A stretch of DNA of 64,000 nt from contig OZ024740.1 in NCBI GenBank assembly GCA_964016885.1, forward strand, positions 376,712,001 through 376,776,000. The letters run 5' to 3'. This document shows positions 1-11,758 of the stretch, in pieces. The position numbers were made by a program, and so were the translations under genes. This DNA is from Eledone cirrhosa. Taxonomy: Eukaryota. The notes below the pieces were generated by a model. That model saw nothing but the letters and a program-made list of their open reading frames with translations, was not told the origin of the DNA and made no database searches. Position 1 is the first letter of the stretch, and every line of letters begins with the position of its first letter.

Positions 1-1156
1 CCACCAGTACTCTTTCATATTATGTACATGGATGTCTTCCACATTGCTGTAGCTTTTAATGTGTTTATTATCGGGGCTATCTTTTTTACGAACTGCATTG
101 TACAGTGTTTTGGCCACTATATCATGCCTCATAGGTAGATAGTACCGCGAGGACATCTTTGGACAGCTGCTGATGACATAGGTGATATCTTCGATGTTAG
201 TTCTGCAGAGTCTTCTTGTTATCACATCTAGGTATTTTGCCTGCATCCATATCTCTTTTGTGAATCAGGTATTTCGTGCTAATCTCCTGTTCCTGGATTG
301 CAAAAGCGTATCCTTCAAAGTGGGAGCCAATATAGCGGTTGTTGGTCCAAGATAGACTGCTTTCCTTATCTATATTACTCTCACTCTCGACCTTCCTGGC
401 AACATATCCATGCATGATTTTTTGCTGATAGGCATGCAGTTTTTCAGCCATGGATTCACTGCGATACTGCTGAGCGACATCCCTGGGTGTGAGTTTTTGA
501 ATATCACACAGGGAATATCTCTCGAGAAGTTCGTTCCCAACTCTCATGATCTCATCTGTTTCATGCAGATAGACTTGCTCGAGAAACGGGCTCCTACGCT
601 TCGAGGTTCGTAGATGTTGTCGGAGAGATATGATGCGACATTCAAATGTTGTCTGGACTGATGTTAGGCCTCTGCCTCCCTGCTTACGTTTCAAGTAAAG
701 GTGGTCTATGTTACTGTTGATGTGGAAATTTCCGGTGTTGTTCAGTATTTTTCGAGTTCCAACATCAACTGCACGGATTTCTTCTATCGTCCAATCGAGT
801 ATTCCAAACGTTGGTGTTAGGACAGGCACAGCAAACACATTGTGAGCCACTGTTTTGTTTTGCGCAGAGAGTTCCGATGACCAGATCTTTCTAAGCGGGT
901 GTAGTATTCCTTGGTTACCCTTTCTTTATTACAGATACTATTATAGGATATGTTCTCATCTATCCCCAGGTATCTGTAGCAGTCCTCATCAGATATCGGT
1001 GAAACAGTTAGACCATTGATGACAATGTTGCTAGATTGGGTTGTTGTTTTTCCCCGCTTTACAGAAATGTATGAGCATTTATCTTGGCCAAACTACATTC
1101 CTATATGCTTTGAGAACGTTGTAATCAGGTCAAGATTTTTCTTCATCCCATCCATG
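1..1156 (-). mobile_element. R4/Dong-like (REL endonuclease) non-LTR retrotransposon fragment: RT C-terminus to zinc knuckle, 5'-truncated, runs off the left edge
   Basis: ORF 197..850 (AVPVLTPTFG..NFHINSNIDHLYLKRKQGGRGL..FAIQEQEI) aligns with the 8965-11547 ORFs; the flanks read CYRYLGIDEN and SSCPKMSSRYYLPMRHD..KEYWW; stops and frameshifts present. Confidence 0.9.
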
Positions 1157-1347
1157 TATGTATGTATATATGTATGTCAGGTCGATCTTTAGCGCTACTG
1201 GTAGCATGTATGTATGTTTTCTTCATCCCACGTGTATGTATGTTTTCATACCACGTGTATGTATGTTTTCATCCCACATCTATGTATGTTTTCTTCATCC
1301 CACCCATGTATGTATGTATATATGTATGTATGTATATATGTATGTAT

Positions 1348-1677
1348 GTCAGGTCGCTCTTTAGCGCTACTGGTAGCATGTAACCCCGTACAACCTGTGC
1401 ATGGTCGGGTCTTTGGCGACTAAAAGGGCAGAGGAACTGAGGAGAGGCAACGGCTATCCAGTAAAGGTTTTGGGGAGTGAGAGACTCCTAGTATTTATTA
1501 AGATATCTCTCTAGGAGAAGGTCACTTTGATATAAAACCTACGACTTTGTTTGCATCCAATGGTGTAGACTGGTTCTGTTTGGGCAAATGCATTCGATGT
1601 TCAAAGAGTGGGATTGGCCCCATGCAAAGCCTTTCCTCACTTAAAAAAGCTTCAAGCACAGGCATCGCGTGTGGCAT
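1348..1677 (+). mobile_element. Non-autonomous RTE-derived element, family A, 3' part missing
   Basis: Near reverse complement of about 1826-2160; starts GTCAGGTC directly after (TATG)n. Confidence 0.7.
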
Positions 1678-1702
1678 CCATCATTCATGCATGCATTCAT
1701 GT

Positions 1703-2160
1703 ATGATGGCTGCAGCACCATTTCGTGTAATGCCATCGCTTGATCCATAAGCATGAACATCACGGACGTGGTTTTTTAGTCTTGCTAGGGACTTGCCTAT
1801 GGCCAACACTCATGCATCGCAAAAAATGCCACATATCAAGCGATGCTTCTGCTTGAAGCTTTTTTAAGTGAGGAAAGGCTTTGCATGGGGCCAAAATAAC
1901 TCTTTGAGCATCGAATGCATTTGCCCAAACAGAACCAGTCTACACCATTGGATGCAAAAAAAGTCGCAGGTTTTATATCAGAGTGACCTTCTCCTAGAGA
2001 GATGTCTTAATAAATACTAGGAGTCTTTCACTACCCCCAAACCTTTACTGGATGGCTGTTGCCTCTCCTCAGTCCTCTGCCCTTTTAGTCGCCAACGACC
2101 CGACCGTGCACACGTTGTACAGGGTTACATGCTACCAGTAGCGCTAAAGAGCGACCTGAC
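1703..2160 (-). mobile_element. Non-autonomous RTE-derived element, family A (~460 bp)
   Basis: Head shared with 2209-2818; zinc-finger remnant KSLARLKNHVRDVH; 3' end TGGC..GCAGCCATCAT resembles the RTE 3' stem-loop at 11.63 kb. Confidence 0.7.
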
Positions 2161-2208
2161 ATACATACATATATACATACATACATGGGTGGGATGAAGA
2201 AAATATAC

Positions 2209-2818
2209 ATGGTGGCTGCCAACTCGTTTTCGAGTACGGCCACTACTTTATATCCATGTAGGAGAAACCCTACCGATGCGCTGAACGAGTGTGACTTTTT
2301 AGTCTAGCCAGAGACTTGAAAACTCTGGTACAAACAATACACTCTTGACAATTATTGACACATAATGCTGGGCCTATCATACCATGTGACGACAAGTGCA
2401 AATAGATCTCCAGATATAAAGCAATGCCTGTGCCGTGAAGCTTTTATAGTGAGCAAAGGCACTGCACAAAGCCAGTCCCACTCTCTTAACCAAGATGATA
2501 TTTACCAAAAAGAAGAACAAGTCAACATCATTGGATACCATCAGGGTTGCAGGTGTTATATCAGAATTTTCCTTCTTCTAGAATTCTGCCTTGACCGAGG
2601 CTAATGGGTCATCTCTCCCGGTGATTTTGGATGGCCATTGACTCTTAAGAGCTCCTTTGCCCTTTGACAGGTTTTGCTTTTAGTCCTGCAGGATGTCCAA
2701 AGTCAACCTCCTCACCAAGAAACCTTGGTGGGGTTGCCAGTTTAGTCGCCAACGACCCGACCATCGGACAGGTTGTACTGGAATAGATGTTACCAGTAGC
2801 ACCAACTGGTGACCTGAC
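2209..2818 (-). mobile_element. Non-autonomous RTE-derived element, family B (~610 bp, apparently full length)
   Basis: Homologous to 20317-20770 and 55989-56421; ends with a C2H2 remnant (..CTRVFKSLA.LKSHTRSAHR*), a TGGCCGTACTCG-AAAA-CGAG..GCAGCCA stem-loop and an ATGT tail. Confidence 0.75.
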
Positions 2819-2869
2819 ATATATACATACATATATATACACATACATATATACACATATATATATACA

Positions 2870-3395
2870 GGTGCTACTAACAACGATTGCTATTGGCATT
2901 CTGATCTAAGTGGATTTTTAGGTGCCTTTCAAGAGATCCAGGCCACCCGGCGCACACGAGTCAGCCAGAGAATACCTTCACTATCTAAGATTTTAACATC
3001 TCGGGTCGGATTTCATCTTCCCCCGCGGCCTTGCCAAATTTGAGCTCCTTAACTGATATTGTGACATCGGTCTCTGAGTGATTTGCTACCCCTTCCAGAT
3101 GCACCTCGTGTACACCAGAAGATGTTGTAATTGGGTGTAGGCGATCAGCAAAATATTCTCTCCAGCTCATGAGGATGCACCTCTCTGAAGAGAGGACAAT
3201 CCCAGATGCGTTATTGATAGCACCTGTGGAGGAGAGTCACTTATTACGAAGTCGGCGGATGGTCTGCCAGAACACTTTATTTGCTGATCTAAAGTCGTAT
3301 TCCAGCTTAAACCCAACGTCCTTCCATGTTTTAACTTTGGGCGCCTTTACTGTATCTGCTGCGATTGTTGTGCTGCCTGCTTGTACCGCAAGGGC
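2870..3395 (-). mobile_element. RTE-clade LINE internal fragment (between endonuclease and RT)
   Basis: Translates ANKVFWQTIRRLR..WREYFADRL..GKAAGEDEIRPEMLK; homologous piece at 49925-50170. Confidence 0.8.
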
Positions 3396-3811
3396 ATGGA
3401 ATTAATTCATTATTAAATTTCCCTGTCTCTTTATTATTTGAATATACTCGATCACTAGTAAGACATGTTTCAGTCTGTGGACACATTTTCTACCACAATA
3501 CAAGCATATATGTGCAAAATAGTCTGATTACCCCTTAATCATTCAATTATTTATTTTTAGTGAATGTTTGACATTAGAATTATAATTAACCACCTGTGTA
3601 ACAGTACACTATCAACACGTTAATATTTATATTTCTTCACAATTTATTTCTCTTATTATATTTTTCTTAGTTTATTTAACATAACACTCACCTATTTTTT
3701 ATAACTTTTTGAAATTTATACGATTATTATAATTTTTGTTAATTTTCTAATTTTTGTAACCTTTATAATCTTTTATAACTGTTAATATATTTTTATTTTT
3801 CATTATTTTAT

Positions 3812-4016
3812 TATCGGTAGGGCGTCGTACGCCATGCTTTGCAGCATAGAGTTACAGTCCTTTATTATCTGAGTTCAAATCACGCCGGGGATAATTTTGC
3901 CTTTCACCTTACTGGGTCGATAAAATAAATTACCAATCACGCACTGGGCTCGATTTAATCGACTTTCCCCTCCCCAAAAATTGCTGGCCTTGTGCCTGTG
4001 TAACAAACCATTATTT
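3812..4016 (+). mobile_element. tRNA-derived SINE (dominant octopus-type family)
   Basis: B-box GAGTTCAAATC, core TTTGCCTTTCA..GGGTCGATAAAATAAA, 3' TGCTGGCCTTGTGCC plus ATT tail; many copies in window. Confidence 0.85.
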
Positions 4017-5195
4017 TGTACAATTTCTATAATCTTGTACACTTTTATAGCGCTTATAATCCTCTCACCACCGTCAGGATACGCTGGTTTTCAATAAATA
4101 TCTACTGGCACAGAGTTTAATACCTTTCGTCATGATTAATGAATGGCATTTTCCGAGGACAATAGAGTTTCTGTCACCACCTAACAACTCCTTCCCCCCT
4201 TTATCGCAATTACCAACCCACAATGTTTAGCATTGATGCGTGTTTGCCGTTACAATAACACCGAATTGCCGCGCCATCCCTGAACCAAATCTATCCTCTT
4301 TTCTCTGTTTATATATAACTAATTTTGCAATGAACACATGATGAAATTGTATGATGATTGGATGATGAAACTGGGCCATTGAAATAGGTATAGTGTTTTT
4401 GAAAAGTCAAAATTTCAAGAATGTTTCCATCCGCCCTTCTTTTGTTTTTAATGAATATTTAACTCCGTTCGTGCATCAGCCACGGGATAGTACATCTACG
4501 ATGGATGATTTACATAACGTCGAGTGCTCTACTGTATTGCATAACCGTCTACTAACCGGAGTGACCAGCTCTGCCCATTGGTAAACAAATTGGTAAATAA
4601 ATAGGTGTATTTTTGTCTATTATTTCCTCGTATTTTTAATTTGAGAAATAGCACTTATTATTGAGTTATTTTAATTCTTTTGATTATTTTAACTTACTCG
4701 ATCATCGAGCAAAACGTTTTAAGACGGACATCACTCACACACATATTCATATGATTATGTGTGTGTACATTATTATTATATTGTCCTAAACTCCCCTATG
4801 GTCGAGTTAACCAGACGTGTGCTAACTGCGTTTTCTATCAAATACGGTACTCGCTTATTGTCCACCTTGACTACCCTATGTGACCACTGCTTCGCGTGTT
4901 AATTTCTCCCTCCACCTTTCGAGAATTTCTCACTTGCTACGAACGCATCAAGAAACAGTCCTTTTTTGTGGGGTCTTTTGATAAGCTCTATCAACCTCGC
5001 TGCGATGATGCACTTATAAGGTGCATATCTCTGCAACCGGATTCGTCGAAACTACAGTCAGAACTTTGAAAAGAAATAGGTATATTTTTGTCTATTATTT
5101 CTTCGTATTTTTAATTTATATATATATATATATATTATATATATATATACTCAGTTATATATATTATATATATATCTATATATTATATATATATT

Positions 5196-5260
<65 letters not shown>

Positions 5261-5424
5261 ATTATATATATATATATATTATATATATATATATATATAC
5301 TATATATATATATTATATACTATGTATATACTATATATATACTATATATATACTATATATATATATTATATATATATATATATTATATATATATATACTC
5401 AGTTATATATATTATATATATATC

Positions 5425-6806
5425 TACTCAGTTTTGATGTGGTAAGCCTTTACACCAACATTACACATGATTTAGGAATAAAGGCGGTTAAATACTGGGT
5501 GGAAAAACATAGAGAAGTGATTCCCATTAGATTCACAGCGCCATTTATATTAGACGCAGTTAAACTTATTCTGGAAAACAACACTTTCTTCTTCAATGGA
5601 AAGAATTACATCTACATTAGAGGCACAGCGATGGGAACGAAGTTTACTCCCGTTTACGCGAACTCTGTAATGGGATACTTAGAACAACAACTCTACCAAG
5701 AAATAGAGGAAAAATATAGTACTGACTTTAGAAAGTACATTGAAAAATCTTGGAAGATATACCTTGACGACTGTTTCATCATCTGGACAGAATCTCTAGA
5801 TACTCTGGATGAGTTCAATATCCTCCTGAATAACCTACACCCATCTCTCCAATTCACAAAAGAGATGAGTAGGACCAAATTACCATTCCTAGATATAATG
5901 ATAATCAAAAACGACACCACCATTACCACGGATATATATTATAAACACACAGACACCCATCAATATCTGAATTTTAAGTCGTGCCATCCACCTCATACAA
6001 AACGCAACATCCTATACTGCCTAGCCAGAAGAATTTGTACCATTGTAGAAGATACGAATACCAGGTACAAACGCCTAACAGAACTAAGAGAATGTTTGCT
6101 CAAACAAAAATAACCATCTCTACTTATAGAAAATGGCATACAGCGGGCTATAAAAATACCTATACAACAACTTAGAACAACCCAAGGAAGAAGAAACCAA
6201 GAACTGGTCATACCATTTATAATGACACACAACCCATGTCACCAGAATATATTCAACACTGCCAAAGCAAACCTACCGATCATTGCTCAAAGTAATGAAT
6301 TAAAAGGCTTAATCACAGATCGATCTTTGACTCTTAGTAAAAGACAGCCAAAAAATTTGAAGCAATTGCTAACAAAAGCAAAGTTTGACCTTAACAACAA
6401 AGACCAATCATTCACTGTATCTAAATGCAATGATAATCGATGCGGCACATGTCAATCCATACACGCCGGTCAATATATGAAAACAAAAACTGGAAAAATA
6501 TTCCCAAATGCAAATATGAACTGCAAAAGCAGAAATCTAATTTACTGCATTAAATGCCCGAATTGTGAAGAACTATATGTCGGTCAAACTGGAAATGCCC
6601 TATCGGAACGTGCACGGGTACACCGTCAACAAATCAGAGACCCAAATGTCCGTCAGATACCCCTAAGCGGCCACCTGGCAACATGTGGTCAGGGAATATT
6701 TATAATATTCCCATTCTACAAATTACACAGCCCAAGTGAAATCAAGAGAAAAATCAAAGAAAAGAATTTTATTGATAAATTCAAACCCAAGCTAAATGAA
6801 CAATAA
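5425..6806 (+). pseudogene. PLE RT + GIY-YIG endonuclease ORF with one in-frame TAA (6111-6113)
   Basis: ORFs 5322..6113 and 6222..6806 share a frame and 6114-6221 is open; the N-terminal YI part of the listed ORF is only (TA)n. Confidence 0.88.
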
Positions 6807-7186
6807 TAACGCCTAGGGGTATTACTTCTACTACCACTATGACCACGACCACTAACAACAACAACAACAACAACAACAATAATAATAATAATAAAAGTGA
6901 TGTTGATGGTGATGATTAATAGAAAATGCTATTTTCATCATTTCAAAAAGCAAAACAATTGAAACGTTGGGTATGACTATTGGTTGTTAGCATGCTCAAC
7001 CAGCCGTGAAGCTTAAACCAATCAGCTGTAGTAATTCAGTGAAACTACACAATGATTGGTCGAAATACAGTTTACAGGGCTTTGCATTCTGGAGCCACTT
7101 TTCTCTGTATAAAATGTATAAAAGGTAGTAAATTTATCCATCTCATTACAGTTGAAAATTGCAAACTCGACTGTCACCACATATCA

Positions 7187-7225
7187 TGAACCTGAAGATT
7201 GCGAAAGCAAGAAAGTACTTGTTCA
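7187..7225 (+). ncRNA. Minimal type I hammerhead ribozyme (PLE-associated)
   Basis: TGAAC-CTGAAGA-TTGC gaaa GCAA-GAAA-GTAC-TT-GTTCA: stem I, intact core, stem II, palindromic stem III. Confidence 0.85.
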
Positions 7226-7344
7226 ATTAACACTTAGAATTTAATATTCTATCATACTATTTCATTATAATACCATATTATATATATTTTAAAGGATTGT
7301 AAATAAAACGAGTAAATCAGACAAAGTTGGAATTCCTCTTATTA

Positions 7345-7409
<65 letters not shown>

Positions 7410-7486
7410 TACATATATACATATATACATATATAAATACATACATACATACATACATACATACATACATACATACATACATACAT

Positions 7487-10400
7487 AAATGGCGACCGTT
7501 GTGGTCAGTGTCCGATAATCGGACGTGTGTAATTACGGCTTACATGAAGGCAACATACCATATATTGGAAAAAGTTGAGCTACATTACGCGGTAAGATTA
7601 CATACAATAATTCTACATAAGTGTTTGAACTGTAAGTGTGTTGTAAAACACCTCTTTATATGAAAGATACATACACTTATGATATATGAACGGTACATAC
7701 ACTTTAACATATAAATGCAACGTTGTTATATTACATTTATAAAGAAATATACAAGTAACGTTTTCGATTCAGAAACAAAAATATAAGTGTTTGAACTGTG
7801 AATATGTTGTGAATAGGTTGTAGAACACCTATTTATATGAATGATACATAAACTTTAACATATAAATACAGCGTTGTTATATTATATTACATTCATAAAG
7901 GAATATACTAAGTAACGGTTCTTTTTGTTCTCGATTCAAACGATTCAAGAACAACGTTTAAAACACAGATGTAGAATTAAAAACTAACTGAAAAGAAATT
8001 TTACCCAAGCTGTGAATAACTTTAAATTTGATTATGACAGAACTTTGTCGTAACTTTTAAAGAAGATCATCGACTATTTTGAAAAATAAATACGAAATAT
8101 TAGTGAATAGACGAACTCATCATGGCAAAAAGTACAAACAATCTGAACCCCAAAAGTTCGGTTTTATGCAAAGGCTAAAAACTTTATGGAACTCCAAACA
8201 CCCAGAATTAGACTTTTCTCCAAAGCATCGAAATGAACAGACAAAACGTATCATTAGATGTAAATTGATACATCTAACGGAATTGAGTGATACTACAAAT
8301 ACAGCCCTTGTAGACAACCACCCACCTCCACTGACAGACAAAGAGAATGGCCAGCTAAATCTAACAGTGAACAGCTCACCAACAATTTTGCTGAAATCCA
8401 TCCCACTTCCACTGAAGAACAGCGAGAAAGGTCAGTGGACTCTAGTAGTAATTGTCACCACATCAACAACGAGGCTGAAATTCATGACTCTACTGAACAA
8501 ACAGACACCAAAAACTTGTGGGCACCCTACAAGTGATATGGAACGATATGTTTTAAGAGATACACAGCCTTAATGTGAGTGACAGACCATACAACACTAG
8601 AGTCAGTAAAGAACCCACTAAATTGGAATTGGAAGCGGTGAATGAAATAGCTGGCAATTATCTGAAGGCTATACGATTTAAAGGTGTAGAAACGACATTT
8701 GAAACGCTTAATGTTTTGTTATATGTTTCAGCTGTCACATGGCTATTATATAACACACATCTAAAACCAGGCAATCAAGATACAAACTGAAAGCCTGAAC
8801 CAGCGTGGATGCGAAATTTAAAAACCAAAATTTTGGCCCTGAGACGAAGTATCTCACACATCGCAGTCGTTATGAAATGCAACATAGAGAGCAACTTCAC
8901 ACGACACCAGGAAGACCTAAAGAAAAAGTTAGAGAGACGATTTGGAGATACAAAATTTTAAACTTTGAACTCCAAATTACACCAGTTGAAACAACAACTC
9001 ACAGCTACAACAGAAATACTAAAATATAAGTCAACAGCACATAAACGACAAGTGCTAAATAGATTGTTTGCCAGAGATCCTAAATCAGTTTATCGCAGCT
9101 TAGGTGGCAAAAGCTTAATCCCTGTAAACGACACCCCTTCAAAAGAACAGGTTGAGAGCTACTGGAGATATGTATGGGAAACGGATGACGGATTCAACAG
9201 ACAAGCTAATTGGCTAAGAGAACTGGAACAGGACTACTGCCATCATGTCCAGACAAAACAATATGACACGGATGGGTCAATACTGGAAACAGCTCTACAG
9301 AAAATATCGAATAGGAAATCGCCAGGCCCAGACCTCATTACAGGATACTGGTTGAAGAATTTCACTTACTATCGGCAAGATCTCATACGGCTGTTTACAG
9401 AAACCATTAAGGGCACACAAGAACTGCCCAGCTGGTTATCAACTGCCACTATTCTCCTCATTCCCAAAAATAGCCAAACCACCCTTGCTAAAAATTACCG
9501 CCCAATTGCCTGCCAAAACATCATGTATAAATTATATACTGGGTGCCTTAACCTGTTCTTACAGGATCACTGTGCTACCAACACCATCATAACACCTGAG
9601 CAAGCTGGTGGAAAGAGGGAGGTGTGGGGTTGCATAGATCACCTACTAACTAACAAAATGATTCAGGAAAAAACAACAAAGAATCGCAGAAACATGACTG
9701 TCGTGTGGATGGACTATCAAAAAGCATTTGATAGTGTACCTCATGGGTGGATTATTAAGGCTTTACAGTTATCTAAAGTCCCACAACCATTGGTAGCTGT
9801 TGTTGAACGCCTGACTAAGAACTGGTACACCAATTTGATCCTTAGAGGTGAGAAGGAGCAGGTTAAGACTGATAAGATAGATTACCAGAAGGGCATCTTT
9901 CAGGGTGATAGTTTGTCAGTGCTACTCTTCGTTCTCTCACTGAATCCACTATCTTACCTACTCAGGAAACAAGGTGGACAAAGAAGTGGGCCCAGAAGTA
10001 TCTCCGATCTTTTCTTTGTTGATGACCTGAAGTTGTATGGGCCAAATATCAATGACATCAAGAAACAATTGGACCTCATTACACAATTTTCAACCGACAT
10101 CAAAATGAAATTTGCTGAGTCCAAGTGTGCATATTTGGCAGTAAAACGTGGAAGAGCTGTGCCCTCCTCTAGAAATCTAGAGATGAACGGCCTGACAATA
10201 CAACCTCTGCAGTCAGGTGACAACTACAGATATCTTGGACAGGATGAGAATGTCAGATATGATGGACCCATAAATAAGGAGAGAACCAGAACTGAATACC
10301 TCAGAAGAGTAAAGAAAATATGGTCATCAGAACTGTCAGCATACAACAAATACATTGCCCAGAATACTTATGCTGTGCCAATTCTAACGCCAACATTTGG

Positions 10401-11630
10401 CCTACTGAACTGGTCATTGCAAGAACTAAGTGAGATGGATGTTAGAACTCGAAAACTTCTCAGTGTTACTGGCAACTTTAACATCAATGGTGATGTGGAT
10501 AGGCTATACTTCTCACGCAAGGAAGGTGGCCGGGGTCTAAAATCAATATTAACAACGTATGAGACCCGGATGGTAACACTGAAGCAACACCTTCAACAGA
10601 GGAAAAAGGTTGGCAACCACCTTGCCCAGGTTTATGAGCATGAAAAAAGAAATATCATTAGAATAGCGACTGATCTGGAGGAGAGATATGGAATAAAGCC
10701 TGATATAAATCTCTCCCCCAGAGAAATCGGAAGATCCTATTCAATGTTCAAACAAGATTAAAAAATTGACCAATTTACAGAAAAAGTTGTGCATGGATAC
10801 TTGAGGCGTAAAACACAGACCATAGAGGGGATAAACCACTCAAAAAGCCTGGCATGGAGTTCCGACAAGTTTATGACATCACACCTTGAGGGATATCTCT
10901 ATGCAATACAGGAACAAGAACTCCCTACCAAATATCTGCTGCACAACAGAGGAGGGCCAGCAGCTGACAATAAATGTAGGCTATGTAAAACAAAGATCGA
11001 GGATGTAAGCCACATTGTTGCCAGCTGCGAAAGAATGTCATCTCGCTACTATCTCCCCATGAGACACGATGGGATAGCTAGAACCATCTGGAACGCACTT
11101 CGGAAAACAAAATTAACAACAAACGAGGAAGAATATATTGAGACAGATGACACTAAGGAATACTGGTGGAACCTGAAAATAAAAACTGCCACCAAATTAA
11201 AGCACAACCGGCCTGATATTGTTGTTTGGGACCACACATTGAAAACGTGTTCTGTTGTGCAGATCAGCTGTCCACTTCATGTAAACGTTGTCAGAAAAAT
11301 ACAGAAGAAGGAGGACATCTACGGACCATTGATGAGGAGTTTACAAATCCAGTATCCAAGATACACCTTTAGCTTCATACCCATCATTATTGGTGCTACG
11401 GGTTATATACCAACCCGCTTGGACCAAAGTATGACTGAACTTGGATTTGCGGACAAAGAGCGCAGCTCCCTAATTCATAGTCTACAAATGGCTGCGATAG
11501 CTGGCACCTTCAAAATTTGCAAAACATTCTTGCGATTCAAGGGATGACAATTTCTTTTCTGTTACAACCTTGCCACCAGGAAGGTGGCCGGTCAAAAAAT
11601 ATACTCGAAATTAAGAGAAAGAGAAAACAT
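7487..11630 (+). mobile_element. Near full-length R4/Dong-like non-LTR retrotransposon flanked by (TACA)n
   Basis: RT (NYRPIAC, DYQKAFDSVPH, GIFQGDSLS, FVDD, YLG), CCHC knuckle CRLC..HIVASC, REL endonuclease RHD..NRPDIVV..ISCP; ACAT repeats on both flanks. Confidence 0.93.
8079..11547 (+). pseudogene. R4/Dong RT-REL polyprotein, disrupted by frameshifts and stops
   Basis: ORFs 8079..8573, 8575..8790, 8965..10761 (598 aa RT) and 10789..11547 (252 aa knuckle plus endonuclease) are collinear. Confidence 0.88.
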
Positions 11631-11692
11631 ACATGATGATGACTGTTCCCTCGTTATCGAGTATGGCCATTGCACGAGAAGAAGAAAAAAAA

Positions 11693-11758
<66 letters not shown>

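Larger units (their letters stand above)
5425..7348 (+). mobile_element. Penelope-like element (Neptune-type), 5'-truncated, with 3' pseudo-LTR
   Basis: RT motifs SFDVVSLYTNI, GTAMGT, YLDD, LPFLD; Cys-rich linker CNDNRCGTC; GIY-YIG-type LIYCIKC..LYVGQTG; hammerhead downstream. Confidence 0.93.

Noticed and set aside
1138-1346. Repeat-spacer appearance suggesting a CRISPR array
   Set aside because: Spacers are TATG microsatellite, the repeat derives from the adjacent LINE, the context is eukaryotic and there are no cas genes.
2725-2818. HDV-like or twister ribozyme call for the RTE head
   Set aside because: A P2, P4 and CUAA arrangement is suggestive, but L3 would be 3 nt and P1 does not form; twister loop motifs are absent.
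4355-5065. Possible hammerheads near 4361, 4720 and 5000-5060
   Set aside because: Core or stems too degenerate; probably decayed PLE ends.
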